The translations under genes and the position numbers were made by a program. The notes beneath the pieces are model-generated. The model was not told the origin of the DNA, ran no database searches, and worked only from the letters and a program-made list of their open reading frames with translations. 64,000 bases of DNA from assembly GCF_947568905.1 (NCBI RefSeq), contig NC_079165.1, forward strand, positions 95,418,001 to 95,482,000, written 5' to 3'. The DNA is from Ostrea edulis. Taxonomy: Eukaryota. Shown here one piece after another: positions 49,967-61,859 of the stretch (the stretch's first letter is position 1; the number at the start of each line of letters is the position of its first letter).

Positions 49967-52769
49967 TTGTATCTATAATCGCTTCAATTATAAAGAGCTA
50001 ACATACACAAAACGTATGTCGCAAGATAATTTGACCTTACACTTATAAATCCCCCAAAATCAGGAGCCCCCAAAAACACGTCCACACACCTTGAAATCTA
50101 ATCAAAAGTATACAGACGTCATAACTTTAAGTGCTCTGATCTTCATGCATGTAGTTTTAGAGAAAGGGAAATAGAATGTAAAGCTACAGAGTGGAATTGC
50201 ACAAGTATCTTTAATTCACTGTAGCTGTAGCTGCACTTATCATTCATGAGATTGATCTTCTACAGCTACTAGAACAAAGGATAGATAACTTCACCGATAA
50301 TTTCATGAACACCAAAATATAATTCAAAATATTATCAAACTGAAAGATGAGTGTATGATGACCCAGCGATAAAAAGTCATATTTCCAATGTTTCTTTCCA
50401 AATTGTAATGATAGTCATTTACTCGTGAACGCGCTGCAGTTGTGAACAATGCGTGTATGAATCTTGATAAACATAGTACCTCTATTTTGACGGTTGGGAA
50501 TTCCGATAGAAATTAAAATAAGTTTGAAAATACACGAGGGTATGAACTGCAACACTTCGTGATGGCATGCCGGTATTTCTCGTGCTTTATGAAGGAGATC
50601 GGCGTGAAGCGTCGCATTTCATATCCCCGTGTATTTTCAAAAATGAAAATTATTTCTATTTTATCCTCCCTCTTAGCACCACAAAATATAACTAGAATGG
50701 AGCTTAATATAAATGTGAAAATATATAAAGTGTTCAAAGTTTGCAAATCTGTACCTAAACAAGGTATATAATTCTGTATGACAAATGCCTTTCCTCTTTG
50801 CCAAAAGTAGACTCGTATGACCGGGTAGGGGGTGGGGGTGATTACGGATTCTTTACATATTTAGTTACATATATAACACCGAAAAAGTATATCCTGCAAT
50901 TGGTTTCCACTTTTTGTCGCACTGAAAACCAGAGGTCAGTACGTGTGCCCTGTTCTCAGCCCGACCTAAGGTGTCCCCCAAAACCCATAACTTCGTAGTC
51001 CACGCCAAGTGGACCCTATAGCTACGCCCCTATTTTATGTGATCCATTGAATTTTTAAAAAATGCACATCCTACATTCCTTTTATTCTAAGCAAAAACCA
51101 AATGATGTCAACAATGTATAATTATTTACATATTAAACCAGAACTCTGCTGATGTTAGTCTTCGAGAATGATGTTCATTTGGGATTTGATATTTTATCTC
51201 TTCACTATTGTCTGACGGATATAGAGGGTACCTGTATACACAACAAAAAGATGTTTAAATACCTGGCAATCTAATTCAAATTCGATGTTTTTATCTGTTA
51301 CTGTCAGAAGAGCGGCAACAGATTATTGAAGTTCTGCATCAAAAGGTATTTTATTTGACCGACACCTGTATGTATGTTTATTTTCCCATTTGGAGAGGAC
51401 ATGACACTTTGTTCTAATAAATTCAAATTTCGTATGTACACAAGTGTGCTTTTTGTTCAAAAGAACTTTTGGGCTTGAAAAACAAAATATAAATAGGCAT
51501 TTATTGCAAATTATAATTCTAGTTTTCTAAAATTTCTTAAATCGGTCTGATAACTTTTTGGGATTGTCTCTGCTTCTAGACATCGATTTTCTAAATCATT
51601 CTCGCGATTTTCTATAATTTGTAAATCGGGTTTTTGTTTTTGTTGTTGATTTTTCTTGTAATGATTTCTAATCCACATCAAATAATCTTTATTTTAAGTT
51701 GGGCATGGTTACAACACGCAACAGCTATTTACCGACAGAAGGCACGAAAATGGGTGAGATCAAAGAAGGATAACTCTGATACAATTCCAAGGATATAATA
51801 CACTTCCGGTTTCACCATTGTTTGTTTGTAAACATTGAACTGAGTTGTGCAATAACCAAAGGTTTTACAATATCAGCGACACGTATACGTATGTATACGG
51901 ACATGCAACGCGTACACACTTTACGTGAGTACCACTGAATCTGAAGACTCGACGTAGGAACAGTCACAGGCCAGGCAGTATCAAATTTAAGGTAATGAGT
52001 GTTACATTATTGTAAACAGTAAGAATTACGCATTTGAGCCGAAAAAAGAATTTTGAACGGTGAATCGAACTCACATTCTCCAATGATTGCACCACATTTT
52101 TCTTCATTGATAATTCTTTAAAATTAACAATTGCTTAAGAAGTTAATTTTTGCGGAAGCATTCCACAGTTCCATTAATAGCTATAAAGTTTGAAAGGAAA
52201 TTAAAGATTTAAAATTGTAGGCAATAGGTTTATTTTTATCCATGATATCCCTTCATAATGACACACTGTTTATTATTTAATGGTGTCAGAACATTGATAT
52301 ACTAACAATTATCGAAGTTATAACCCAAATTTCAATTGATCTATTGATTTGGAGGGAGAGGGGTTAAGTTTGTGGTTTAATAAATCCTGTATATGAATTG
52401 CTCATATATGCTCATTCCTGATACTGTGGCATTGATTTTCATCGGATTCATTGTAGGCCTATAGTCTATAGATATGTTTTATAATTGATTGTATGTTTCG
52501 CATTGTTATACTACAACAAGTTAGGATACTCCCTCCCTCTGCACTATGTATGTGTTTTACTGGTTTTGTGCCAATCCATCATTTGGGCATTTCTTTTCTC
52601 ATATATATCTATGATTTGTCCTTGAGACTTTGAATTAGAAATAAACAAATTCTATAGAATCTACTCTATTTTCGCTAAAATACACATGTTATACAAATAA
52701 TTGAAAATAAATCCTTGTCAGTCGGAGAAATCGTTTGTGGAACGTTCATTGCTACTTTCGTTTTGTAGA

Positions 52770-53945
52770 ATGTGGACTGTGATAGCAAACATCGTATCCT
52801 TTGACGAAATCAACGACAAATTCAGGACTTTCAAAGAACGATTAAAGTTGAACAATGTGTCTGGACGATCACAAAGGGATAGTTTAAATACAACCACATC
52901 AGCATTCCAGAGACAAGTTATACCTCCTATCGGATGTGGTAGTTGGATTTTCCTTCAAACATTCCAGTGGACAAAACATAACGAATGTCGCCGATCTCTT
53001 CAGAGACAGATCGTTTTCTTCTGGCTATACACAAAGGACGGGTTGTCACATTACATAGCTGAACTGAGTGTTCGACATTTCTTCTCCATCTACCAGGACG
53101 TGTGTGGTGTTTCTTTGGAAGACAATGCTGCTGTTCTATCTTGGAAAACCATCGCTCCCTTTATGTACGACACTTATCACCATGCTGATGTCTTAAGTTG
53201 TCCAACCCTAACAGAACAGAAGGTCGATGTCGTGAAAATCTGTATCACAGTGGAAAAACACGCGGTCGGCCATGACTTTGAAACAAAAGAAGGGAGTGTT
53301 CGACTAGAAGCGTTCTCCAAACTCGTTCGAAAAATAGTTCCTTTGCCATTTTATGGTGAACAACTTATGTGTTACGTCAAGGGTGATGTGTATTTAACAG
53401 GTATTCTAAAATACTTCTTTATCCGCCAAGTGTTTGGTGACACGGGTGTTCGTTTAGGTTCCTTGCAATACGAAGACGTTCAGCGGCGTCTGGAGTCGTG
53501 CCGACGTCTACAAGACGGATTTGACGTAAGCATCGACGCTTTTTCCCTGCAACTTGCAGAGGCTGGATATTTTCTCACCAATGACGTCAAGTTGGCTCAG
53601 TGTTTCAAGTGTGGCGGAGTGCTACAGCTGAAAAAGTTTGATTTTGACCCCTGGGAGGATCATGCCTACTGGCACCCAAGTTGCCCATTCCTTCTGGAGG
53701 CCAGAGGTCAAGAATTCGTGGATAAAGTTCGTTTAGAACTGAGGCAAAAGTGTGATTTCAACTCGGAGTGCGTTTTCACGTTTAAGCTTAGAAAACTAGC
53801 ACCCGTAGAACCATCAATTCGACGACTACCATTTGACAGCGATTCATGCGACGAATCAGATGAATACGAAGAGGATGATGCTGACGATTTTTTCGGTACA
53901 GAAAGTCCTGAAAGCGATTATTTCTCTGATGATAGTGAATTTTGA
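52770..53945 (+). CDS. BIR-domain (IAP-like) protein, 391 aa, single coding exon
   Basis: CFKC-x16-H-x6-C zinc signature preceded by RRLESC...LAEAGYF, followed by an acidic tail with no RING. The acceptor ttttgtag/A precedes the ATG at 52770, a candidate 5' UTR exon donor AAG/gtaatg lies at 51991, and AATAAA is at 54089. Confidence 0.88.
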   Translation: MWTVIANIVSFDEINDKFRTFKERLKLNNVSGRSQRDSLNTTTSAFQRQVIPPIGCGSWIFLQTFQWTKHNECRRSLQRQIVFFWLYTKDGLSHYIAELSVRHFFSIYQDVCGVSLEDNAAVLSWKTIAPFMYDTYHHADVLSCPTLTEQKVDVVKICITVEKHAVGHDFETKEGSVRLEAFSKLVRKIVPLPFYGEQLMCYVKGDVYLTGILKYFFIRQVFGDTGVRLGSLQYEDVQRRLESCRRLQDGFDVSIDAFSLQLAEAGYFLTNDVKLAQCFKCGGVLQLKKFDFDPWEDHAYWHPSCPFLLEARGQEFVDKVRLELRQKCDFNSECVFTFKLRKLAPVEPSIRRLPFDSDSCDESDEYEEDDADDFFGTESPESDYFSDDSEF

Positions 53946-54539
53946 GAAAATAGTTTTCTGTTTTCGAAATGTTACTAATTTGCTATCTATCTCCATGAGT
54001 TATGTATATGTTCAAACAAAGGGAAGAAATTCATCCTCATCATAAACATTGTTATTGCATATTGATTTTGTACAGAAGTTTAATTTTGAATAAACAGACA
54101 GAGCCATCAAGACCGTTGTTTAAAATGGGTTGCTCTTATTAAGCATTGCATCCAGTTAAACAAAAGCAAAATAAAACCAGATTGGAAATTTTATTTGTGA
54201 ATGGACATATTTGTATGGGTTCAGTTCACACACATGTATAGTGCATATATTATATACTTTTTAGACTGATTTTATAGATTGATTTTTTCAGGAACAGGAA
54301 GGAAATTAACTTAGAAAACACTAGCATAGATTTTAGTGTGTGCGTATTTTTCACTTATAGGCAAGACAAAATTACTTTCATCACGTTGAATCAAATAATG
54401 AGCAATAATACTGTGAAATGTTAAGTTTCATTCAAATAATACTTAAGAAATATTGACGTAAGCGTAAAAAACGACCGCAAATCACTGACCGTATAAAATG
54501 ATAATTTTGTATGAGCACAAGTATCGATGATGCAGATTA

Positions 54540-54940
54540 ATCTCCTCATATATTGCCATGGCCCTTATTGTGGCCTTATCTTATTCTCCAGAATCATAAT
54601 TTGAGTGAAATAGAATCTGCACTACCTGATGATATTTGCATATTGATATGACTAAGCATGATCCTGCTGGTTTTGAAAAGACGCCCCCCCCCCCCCATAT
54701 ATTACCAATTTACCATGTCAAACTTTGATCCCCCTTTGAGGCCCCATCCTACACATGGAGGGGGGGGGGGGCAGCACTGTTGCTCTCAAAATATTTTTCC
54801 ATATGTATTCAAAACTAAAACTTTGTTTCTCAATTGTGACCCCCTCACGGTCCACGATACCTGGGAATGCTTGCAAATCAATATGACCCCTGTTGTTCTT
54901 GTAGAGATTTTTTTCATAAATCCAATTTATCGTTAAACAT
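54540..54940 (+). mobile_element. Fragment of the Helentron-associated satellite-like repeat
   Basis: gaatctgcactacctga, aactttgatcccc and ccccatcctac blocks resemble 2990-3600. Confidence 0.55.
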
Positions 54941-54960
54941 GTTTTCTCTGAAAATTTGAC

Positions 54961-56035
54961 GTAGGTCATTACTCTAAGTTTTTGTTTAATGGCTCGTTAA
55001 AACACCTCTTATGAAGTATGATTTCACCATCGAAAAAGGAATACAAGCCCTCACATATTTTATATGATTTTTTGTGATTTATTTCGGAATGATGAAAAAG
55101 GTACTTTGTTTGCAAATTAAGATACTCTAAAGTCCAAAGTTCGCTGTGATTTGATGCATAATAGGAATATCAAATAAAACATGCCTGAACGACTCAGACG
55201 TTCTAATTCTTTTTAAATAAAAAATATTTATGAAAATCGAAAACGTTATTTGCTAATATTTTTTAAATACACGGTTACAATCTTCTAAAAACATTTCAAT
55301 TTGAAAAAAGATATATCAGAGAAATATATTTTAAACAGAAATTGAAATGAAATGGTCAAAATTCAGAAATATTACGATTTTTCTAATTTTAACAAGCCCG
55401 ATCGGAATTATAAAAAAGTAGTCATAGAGAACATTGTAATCAGAAAACTACATTCCCTTGATGTAAAATGGTTTACAAATTAAACTACTTTATAAAGAAA
55501 ACTACTGTCTTCATGAATAGTGCATACAATTAGCAACACAATATGATTATTTCAGTAATTTCTATCAATTTTGATCGGGATCGGTACTCTTTTCTCCAGT
55601 TTGAATATAGGGATGATATCTTAAAATTTTGTCATTTCAATTCAATTTCTTTTTATGATATATTTCTTTGATATATATCTTTTCTAACTGACATGCTTTT
55701 TGAAGATTTTATCCATAGATTCATAAAAATTAGCATATAGCGTTTTCAATTTTCATAAAAAAAATTTCTAAAATGTTAGAACGTTTATATCTGAATCTTT
55801 TAGGCATGTTTTATTAGATATTCATATCATGCACCACATCACAGCCGAAATTCGGACTCAAGAACTTCTTATTCACAAGCAAAACACTTTTTTTATCATT
55901 CCGGGAAAAATCACAAAAAAATTCATATAAAATACTTGAATGCTTGTATCACTCTTTCGATGGCGAAACCATACTTCATAAGAAGTGTATTAACGAGCCA
56001 TTCAATAAAATTTTAGTGTAATGAGCTACCTTAAT
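54961..56035. mobile_element. Old fold-back element with about 450-bp diverged inverted arms (Kolobok-like end)
   Basis: 54961-55410 aligns by eye with the reverse complement of 55560-56035 (aatggctcgttaa, cttatgaagtatg, aaaacatgcct, cccgatc). The right end reads gagctacct|taa. Confidence 0.75.
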
Positions 56036-56358
56036 TTAGACGATCCCGAACACCTTGGGGTTATTTGATCCTCTACCTTAAAAAGTCAGAAACTAGGTGC
56101 AATAGACTTGAAATTTGGCATGCAAGTAGTTAAAACATTGATCTATGCAAGGGGACGGGCAAATTACGCATGTCGCACATAGTTTCTGGTTTTTATTTTT
56201 AGGCATTTGAAGCGAGAGGGTATGTTTTTTTTAATCTGGGTCAGAGATAGACCCCTTTCTACATTCATGGTATCACAGAGTTCGGGCCCAAAACAGGCTT
56301 AGCCTATAATCATAGTTTATATGTACGTCACATACCATCGTCACAAACCACGGTCAAT

Positions 56359-56932
56359 ATGTACGATCTTCTTCCATCTGGAGAGGGCTCTATGAGGACT
56401 CCGGACCGTGGCGTAAGACGATGCTCAGTACCATATGGGGATCGACGTTTGGACAAGGCTGCATCGAGTCTCTGGAATTCTCTGCCTTTTAAACTCAGAC
56501 AATGTACTTCATTGTCTAATTTTAAAGTGGACCTCAAAACGCATCTCTTTAGATTAGCTTTTAATTTGTGATTATTTTTATATACTTAGTGCTCTTACAT
56601 ACAGCTCTTACAGTGCTGCTAAAAAACAACAACAAAAAAACCAAAAAAAAACCCAACCCTGCTGTTTGTTATTATGCCTATGTCCTTTTTATGTATTTAA
56701 TTATTCCTAAGGATTGTTTTAAATTGTTTCATATGTTATTAGGGTAATCATATCATATCGCTATATATTAATAATAATATTTATGCATTTTAATTCTGAC
56801 ACTATGAATATTTTATTTACATGTATGTGCACATCGATTTTATATTATCTTTTCTTTCACATTTGTAAAGCGCTTTAGAGAACTAATGTTGATAGGGCGC
56901 TATATAAATCTTTTAATTACAATTACAATTAC
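56359..56932 (+). mobile_element. L2-type LINE 3' end
   Basis: YGDRRLDKAASSLWNSLP...FKVDLKTHLFRLAF, then the gtaaagcgc...gcgctatataaat 3' motif and an (ATTACA)n tail. Confidence 0.85.
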
Positions 56933-57478
56933 CAGTGATTTGGTATTGAGTGAATAATTGAATTGAATTGGCTAGGGACATGTGAAAATGGATACAGCGA
57001 GTAAGTGGTGATGATTTTTTTAATATCCAGGCATATTTAAGTCGAAACGTCGATCGAAGTGTAAACCATCACCGGTCCCGGTATTTACACATTCTTCAGA
57101 TTATAGACTGTCCACTAGAGAATAGGCCGCAATATGTGTTCCAAGTTTCTGTATGGGGCTTGGTGACTTAGGTATACATAGTGACCCATTGAATTGCTTC
57201 GTATGTAGTATACATGTTCATAATTTTTGTGGGGGTATTTTTAGGGGAAGGGGTGTGAAGGTGATGTCGAGTCGTGTGCATCACCTATTCTTATGAAGCA
57301 ACTCTCCTAGTTTTAAGTTTTTAATCAACAGAAAAAAAAACAAGCATTTATGCATATTTTATTGACATGTACTGCACTTCTCAACGAAGACAATAAATAA
57401 TGCTTTGTACAAAAGTAGCACTATACGATCTCTCTAAAGTTTACACAGAACAAATTTCATTAGTTAACTCAACAACGG

Positions 57479-58834
57479 TTATATCACTAACAGAGTATGA
57501 GCGAGGTTGATTTTTTTGTTTCGTAAGTTGCTGTTGAAGCGTTTCATTTTCTTTACCAAAGCTCTGGGGTCGACCAGTTGTGTTATACAAGTCTGTCTAC
57601 GCAGCAATCCAGTTTTTGGTACACCTTTTCGTACCACTCGGGATTGTTGAAAAACAGAGGCATCTCCCATTGATCCAAGAGTTGAATAGAGTGAGATGTC
57701 CATGTCTCCTGTAGCTAAGTGTCTGCTGTGTTTCTTCTGTGATCGGTGCCGCTTGTCAGAGTTCCTGGAATTTCCTGAGAAAAGTGAATCTGTTATGTCG
57801 GGAACACAATGTATATCTGTCTCAGGAGAAAGGTTGATTTTGGTGCTGGTTCGAGGGAACTTTTTCGTACCATCATCTTCAATATATAACGTGCTGGAAC
57901 TGTCGTTTGTAGACCGGAAGCTGGTATCGTCATCTTCAATCGTCTCCTCCACCACTTCATCTTTTCCGATGAAAGTGGAACAAGCCTGTGGATGACTGAT
58001 TTTTGGTCTTTTAGTCTTCGGTCTTTTAGCTATTTCTTTTAAAATCGCGTGATCTATCATGCTTGGTGATGCTTTTGCACAGCACGGCCGTTTTATCAGC
58101 ATCTTTGTCTCGGTCTCGCAGCCCTCAACTACTCTGTAAATCTTCTCTCCGTCAACATCGATTACGGGCACTAGCTGATTTGTGTCGGTGTCTTCTTCAA
58201 ACTTTTTCTCCTCTGACTCTTTGTCGAGGTCTGATGAGAAGAACGTTGTGTCATGGACGTCTTCAATTGTAGTATCTCCCATGTGTACCGTATCTTCGTA
58301 AAGACTCTGATCCTTTCCCTGATAAGGATGATTACAAAATGTTAAGTCCTCGGCTAAATTAGATAAGGCTGATACCCGTGTGAGTGAGCCAGAGGTGGGA
58401 AACAGAAATGATGGAGTCCCAGGGACCTGTCTAGCCGGAGCTGGAAATGGAAAATGGTTTCTCGATACTCCGCAGTTCTCAATCATTGAGACAAATCTCC
58501 GTTCAATATCTCCAATTTCCGTCTGAAGTTCCATTTCCTTTCGCTTTATTTCCAGCTGTAACGAGAAATGGTTGATATCGTGTTGAATTACTGTATTTTG
58601 TAAATGAAAATTACTGTGCTACACTACAACACTAGCATCCTGTTTCAAAATGTTTTAGATAGTGTTAAACTATTTTTGCTTTAAAACATGGATGTCAGTA
58701 GTATCCATTTAGCTTTGAATTTCATTTTTTTTTCAAAGTCAGAAAAAAAGTTGATAGAAATTCCTTACCCACTCAGCATGAAGGACACGGAGTTTTTCTC
58801 TTGGTTCCAGATACGATCTGTACATCTCCGACAT
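57479..58834 (-). CDS. Uncharacterised 380-aa protein (N-terminal coiled coil, acidic/Ser-rich middle, basic C-terminus)
   Basis: Exon 58834-58769 (MSEMYRSYLEPREKLRVLHAEW, TGG/gtaagg donor) spliced in phase 0 to exon 58555-57479 (acceptor ttacag). A minus-strand AATAAA lies near 57360. Confidence 0.78.
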
Positions 58835-58859
58835 ATCTATGGTATCTATAATTAAAATA

Positions 58860-60450
58860 TAGCATAGTTATGAACCGAAATCAAAATTTATAATCAAAAT
58901 ATAGTATAGTTATGAACCGAGTTCAAAATCTAGAATCAAAATATGGCATAGTTATGAACCGAGATCAAAATCTAGAATCAAAATATAGCATAGTTATGAA
59001 TCGAGATCAAAATCTAGAATCAAAATATAGCATAGTTATGAACCGAGATCAAAATCTAGAATCCAAATATAGTATAGTTATGAACCGAAATCAAAATCTA
59101 GAATCCAAATATAGTATAGTTATGAACCGAGATCAAAATCTAGAATCAAATTCTAGCAGTTATGAACCGAGATCAAAATCTAGGATCCAAATATAGTATA
59201 GTTATGAACCGAAATCAAAATCTAGAATCAAAATATAGCAGTTATGAACCGAGATCAAAATCTAGAATCAAAATCCAGCAGTTATGAACCGAGATCAAAA
59301 TCTAGAATCCAAATATAGTATAGTTATGAACCGAGATCAAAATCTAGAATCCAAATATAGTATAGTTATGAACCAAAATCAAAATCTAGCAGTTATGAAC
59401 CGAGATCAAAATCTAGAATCCAAATATAGTATAGTTATGAACCGAAATCAAAATCTAGAATCAAAATATAGCAGTTATGAACCGAGATCAAAATCTAGAA
59501 TCCAAATATAGTATAGTTATGAACCGAAATCAAAATCTAGAATCAAAATATAGCAGTTATGAACCGAGATCAAAATCTAGAATCCAAATATAGTATAGTT
59601 ATGAACCGAAATCAAAATATAGCATAGTTATGAACCGAGATCAAAATCTAGAATCAAAATATAGCATAGTTATGAACCGAAATCAAAATCTAGAATCAAA
59701 ATATAGCATAGTTATGAACCGAGATCAAAATCTAGAATCAAAATATAGCATAGTTATGAACCGAAATCAAAACATAGCATAGTTATGAACCGAGATCAAA
59801 ATCTAGAATCAAAATATAGCATAGTTATGAACCGAAATCAAAATATAGCATAGTTATGAACCGAGATCAAAATCTAGAATCAAAATATAGCATAGTTATG
59901 AACCGAGATCAAAATCTAGAATCAAAATATAGCATAGATATGAACCGAGATCAAAATCTAGAATCAAAATATAGCATAGTCAGGGCCGTAAATTAACCTT
60001 CAATTTGGAGGAGGCAAGAAATTAGGCGGGGGTCTGAGGGCCGCCCAGGCCCCCAGACGCTGAGCACATTCTGTGCACACTGAACACGTTTCGTGCAAAA
60101 TCCTTGATTCTAGGGCCTTCTAAGATGTTACTTGACTAACTCATTCTAAAAGAAAGATTTGGAATGCTTTTTAAGGGAGGTATCATGTTCTTAGTTATTG
60201 GAAACAACATAAATTCTAATGAACTTTAAATTTTAATTTTTTTTTTGGCTCAAAAGTTGGAGGAGGCAGCTGCCTCCTCCGCCTCCATGTAATTTACGGC
60301 CCTGATAGTTATGAACCGAGATCAAAATCTAAAATCAAAATATAGCATAGTTATGAACCGAAATCGAAATCTAGAATCCAAATATAGCATAGTTATGAAC
60401 CGAGATCAAAATCTAGAATCAAAATATAGCATAGTTATGAACCGAGATCA
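58860..60450. repeat. 42-bp tandem satellite with deletion variants
   Basis: Unit atagttatgaaccgagatcaaaatctagaatcaaaatatagc, seen as the 14-aa periodicity MNRDQNLESKYSIV. Confidence 0.96.
59981..60304. mobile_element. 324-bp MITE inserted into the 42-bp satellite
   Basis: Perfect 15-bp TIR CAGGGCCGTAAATTA / TAATTTACGGCCCTG, with duplicated ATAGT at 59976-59980 and 60305-60309. Confidence 0.9.
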
Positions 60451-61859
60451 AAATGTTTTCTTATTATACTTTTATCGATCCATTTTAATCCAAACATTTA
60501 CCTGTATATTCTCCGATAAAAACAGTCTTTTATCTTATAATATGCTGTCTTGATTTCTCTACGATCGATATAGGCAATTCTTTTTTCAAAGAAAAAAACT
60601 TTGATAGAAATTCCTTTGCTACTCAGAAGGACACGGATGAGATGTTTATATATGTTATATTTAGTTAATGATGGCAAAGTACTACGTCCTATTAATGTAT
60701 TAGTATAGAACGTGTGTCTCATAATTAAAACCTGACAGCCGTAGTTTAACTAACTAGTCTGTATTGATTAAACATGTGTTGACGCACTTTTCTTCATAAA
60801 CACTGTGTGCATGTTGTTATTTATAGGAGTGCTTTGAGTATTGAGAAAATTAATTTGAAATTGATGAAACACGTGGAAGAAACGAGTTTGAATTAAGAAA
60901 AACAAACAATTAGATTACATGTACTTACCATTAAAGGGTATGGCACGGTCCGTCATTGTTATAACATACAATGGATGCAGAAAACAAGAAAACTATAGCA
61001 TCACACAGGGGAAGCTATAATGAATCTCTCTCTGGTGGATTTCATTTTTCGTATATATACTAAATAAAGACATAATTACGTATTTAGAATGTGTCTTAAA
61101 TGCCTCTTTATTAAGCGTCCTGTGTTAATTTGTTAACACTATTAAGTTGTGCAACACTTTCCAGTATCTAGGAAAATTGAGGCACCTGCGGTCATTCATT
61201 TCTATATCCGTGGTGTCGATAAAATTCATTTAAACCAACTGTTTTGTCAATAAAATGTGTTAACTTAATGGTAATAAGTCACGATCATGTAAAAGTTCAC
61301 AGTTTTGAAAATTAAAATTGCCTTGTTTAATACATATATTTACGCGAGGTGTTTTGTAAGCAACATATTTGCTTAATTCATTCCATTCAAAATAAACACA
61401 AAGAAAGGCAATTATCTCTCGAAAATAGGAAAAACTTGGAAGAGTTGATTTTATATAACAGTTTAAATGTAATATTTGATACTGATATAACAAAAACTGT
61501 TTAAAACGAAAGATCTGAAGTCAATAAAAGCGCACTATGACACAAATACTAATTTTAGGAATAAAGTAGATCATTTTAGTAATTATCAAAACGTTTGTAA
61601 ATCTGTGTATTAAATTTTGGGAAAAAGCATTTATCATTGATGCAAACATATTCAATTATCGTGCCAAACGTACACAATTATCATAAAATGAAATCATTCT
61701 ATAGAGTTTGGCATAATGGTCCCATTTTTGAATGACAAACTTATAGTATATCTGGCAATCTTTTACAATGGTTTGAAAGCTATTCGTGTCATAGATCACA
61801 AAAAGTACTACATAAGGACCTTTTATCGTCAAAACTTGATATATTTGCTTGTGTACCCC

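Larger units (their letters stand above)
45316..50090 (-). mobile_element. Full-length, apparently intact non-LTR retrotransposon (APE-RT; RTE-X-like by motif recall)
   Basis: Contains ORF1 and ORF2, a 3' UTR with AATAAA (45337-45332) and an (AATAC)3 tail. The 5' boundary is approximate and no TSD is evident. Confidence 0.92.

Noticed and set aside
45300-50110. Target-site duplication around the full-length LINE
   Set aside because: Only a loose cactctt/cacacctt resemblance, not an exact repeat. The 5' end remains approximate.
52040-52090. B-box-like gagttcgattc on the minus strand (tRNA or SINE)
   Set aside because: No A box or cloverleaf pairing.
57005-57105. GAAACGTC and a minus-strand CTGAAGA that looked like hammerhead parts
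   Set aside because: The core halves cannot be assembled on one strand with valid stems.
58860-60450. CRISPR-like regular array (also 41330-41830 and 34480-35755)
   Set aside because: Units are head-to-tail with no unique spacers, there are no cas genes, and the context is eukaryotic. These are minisatellites.
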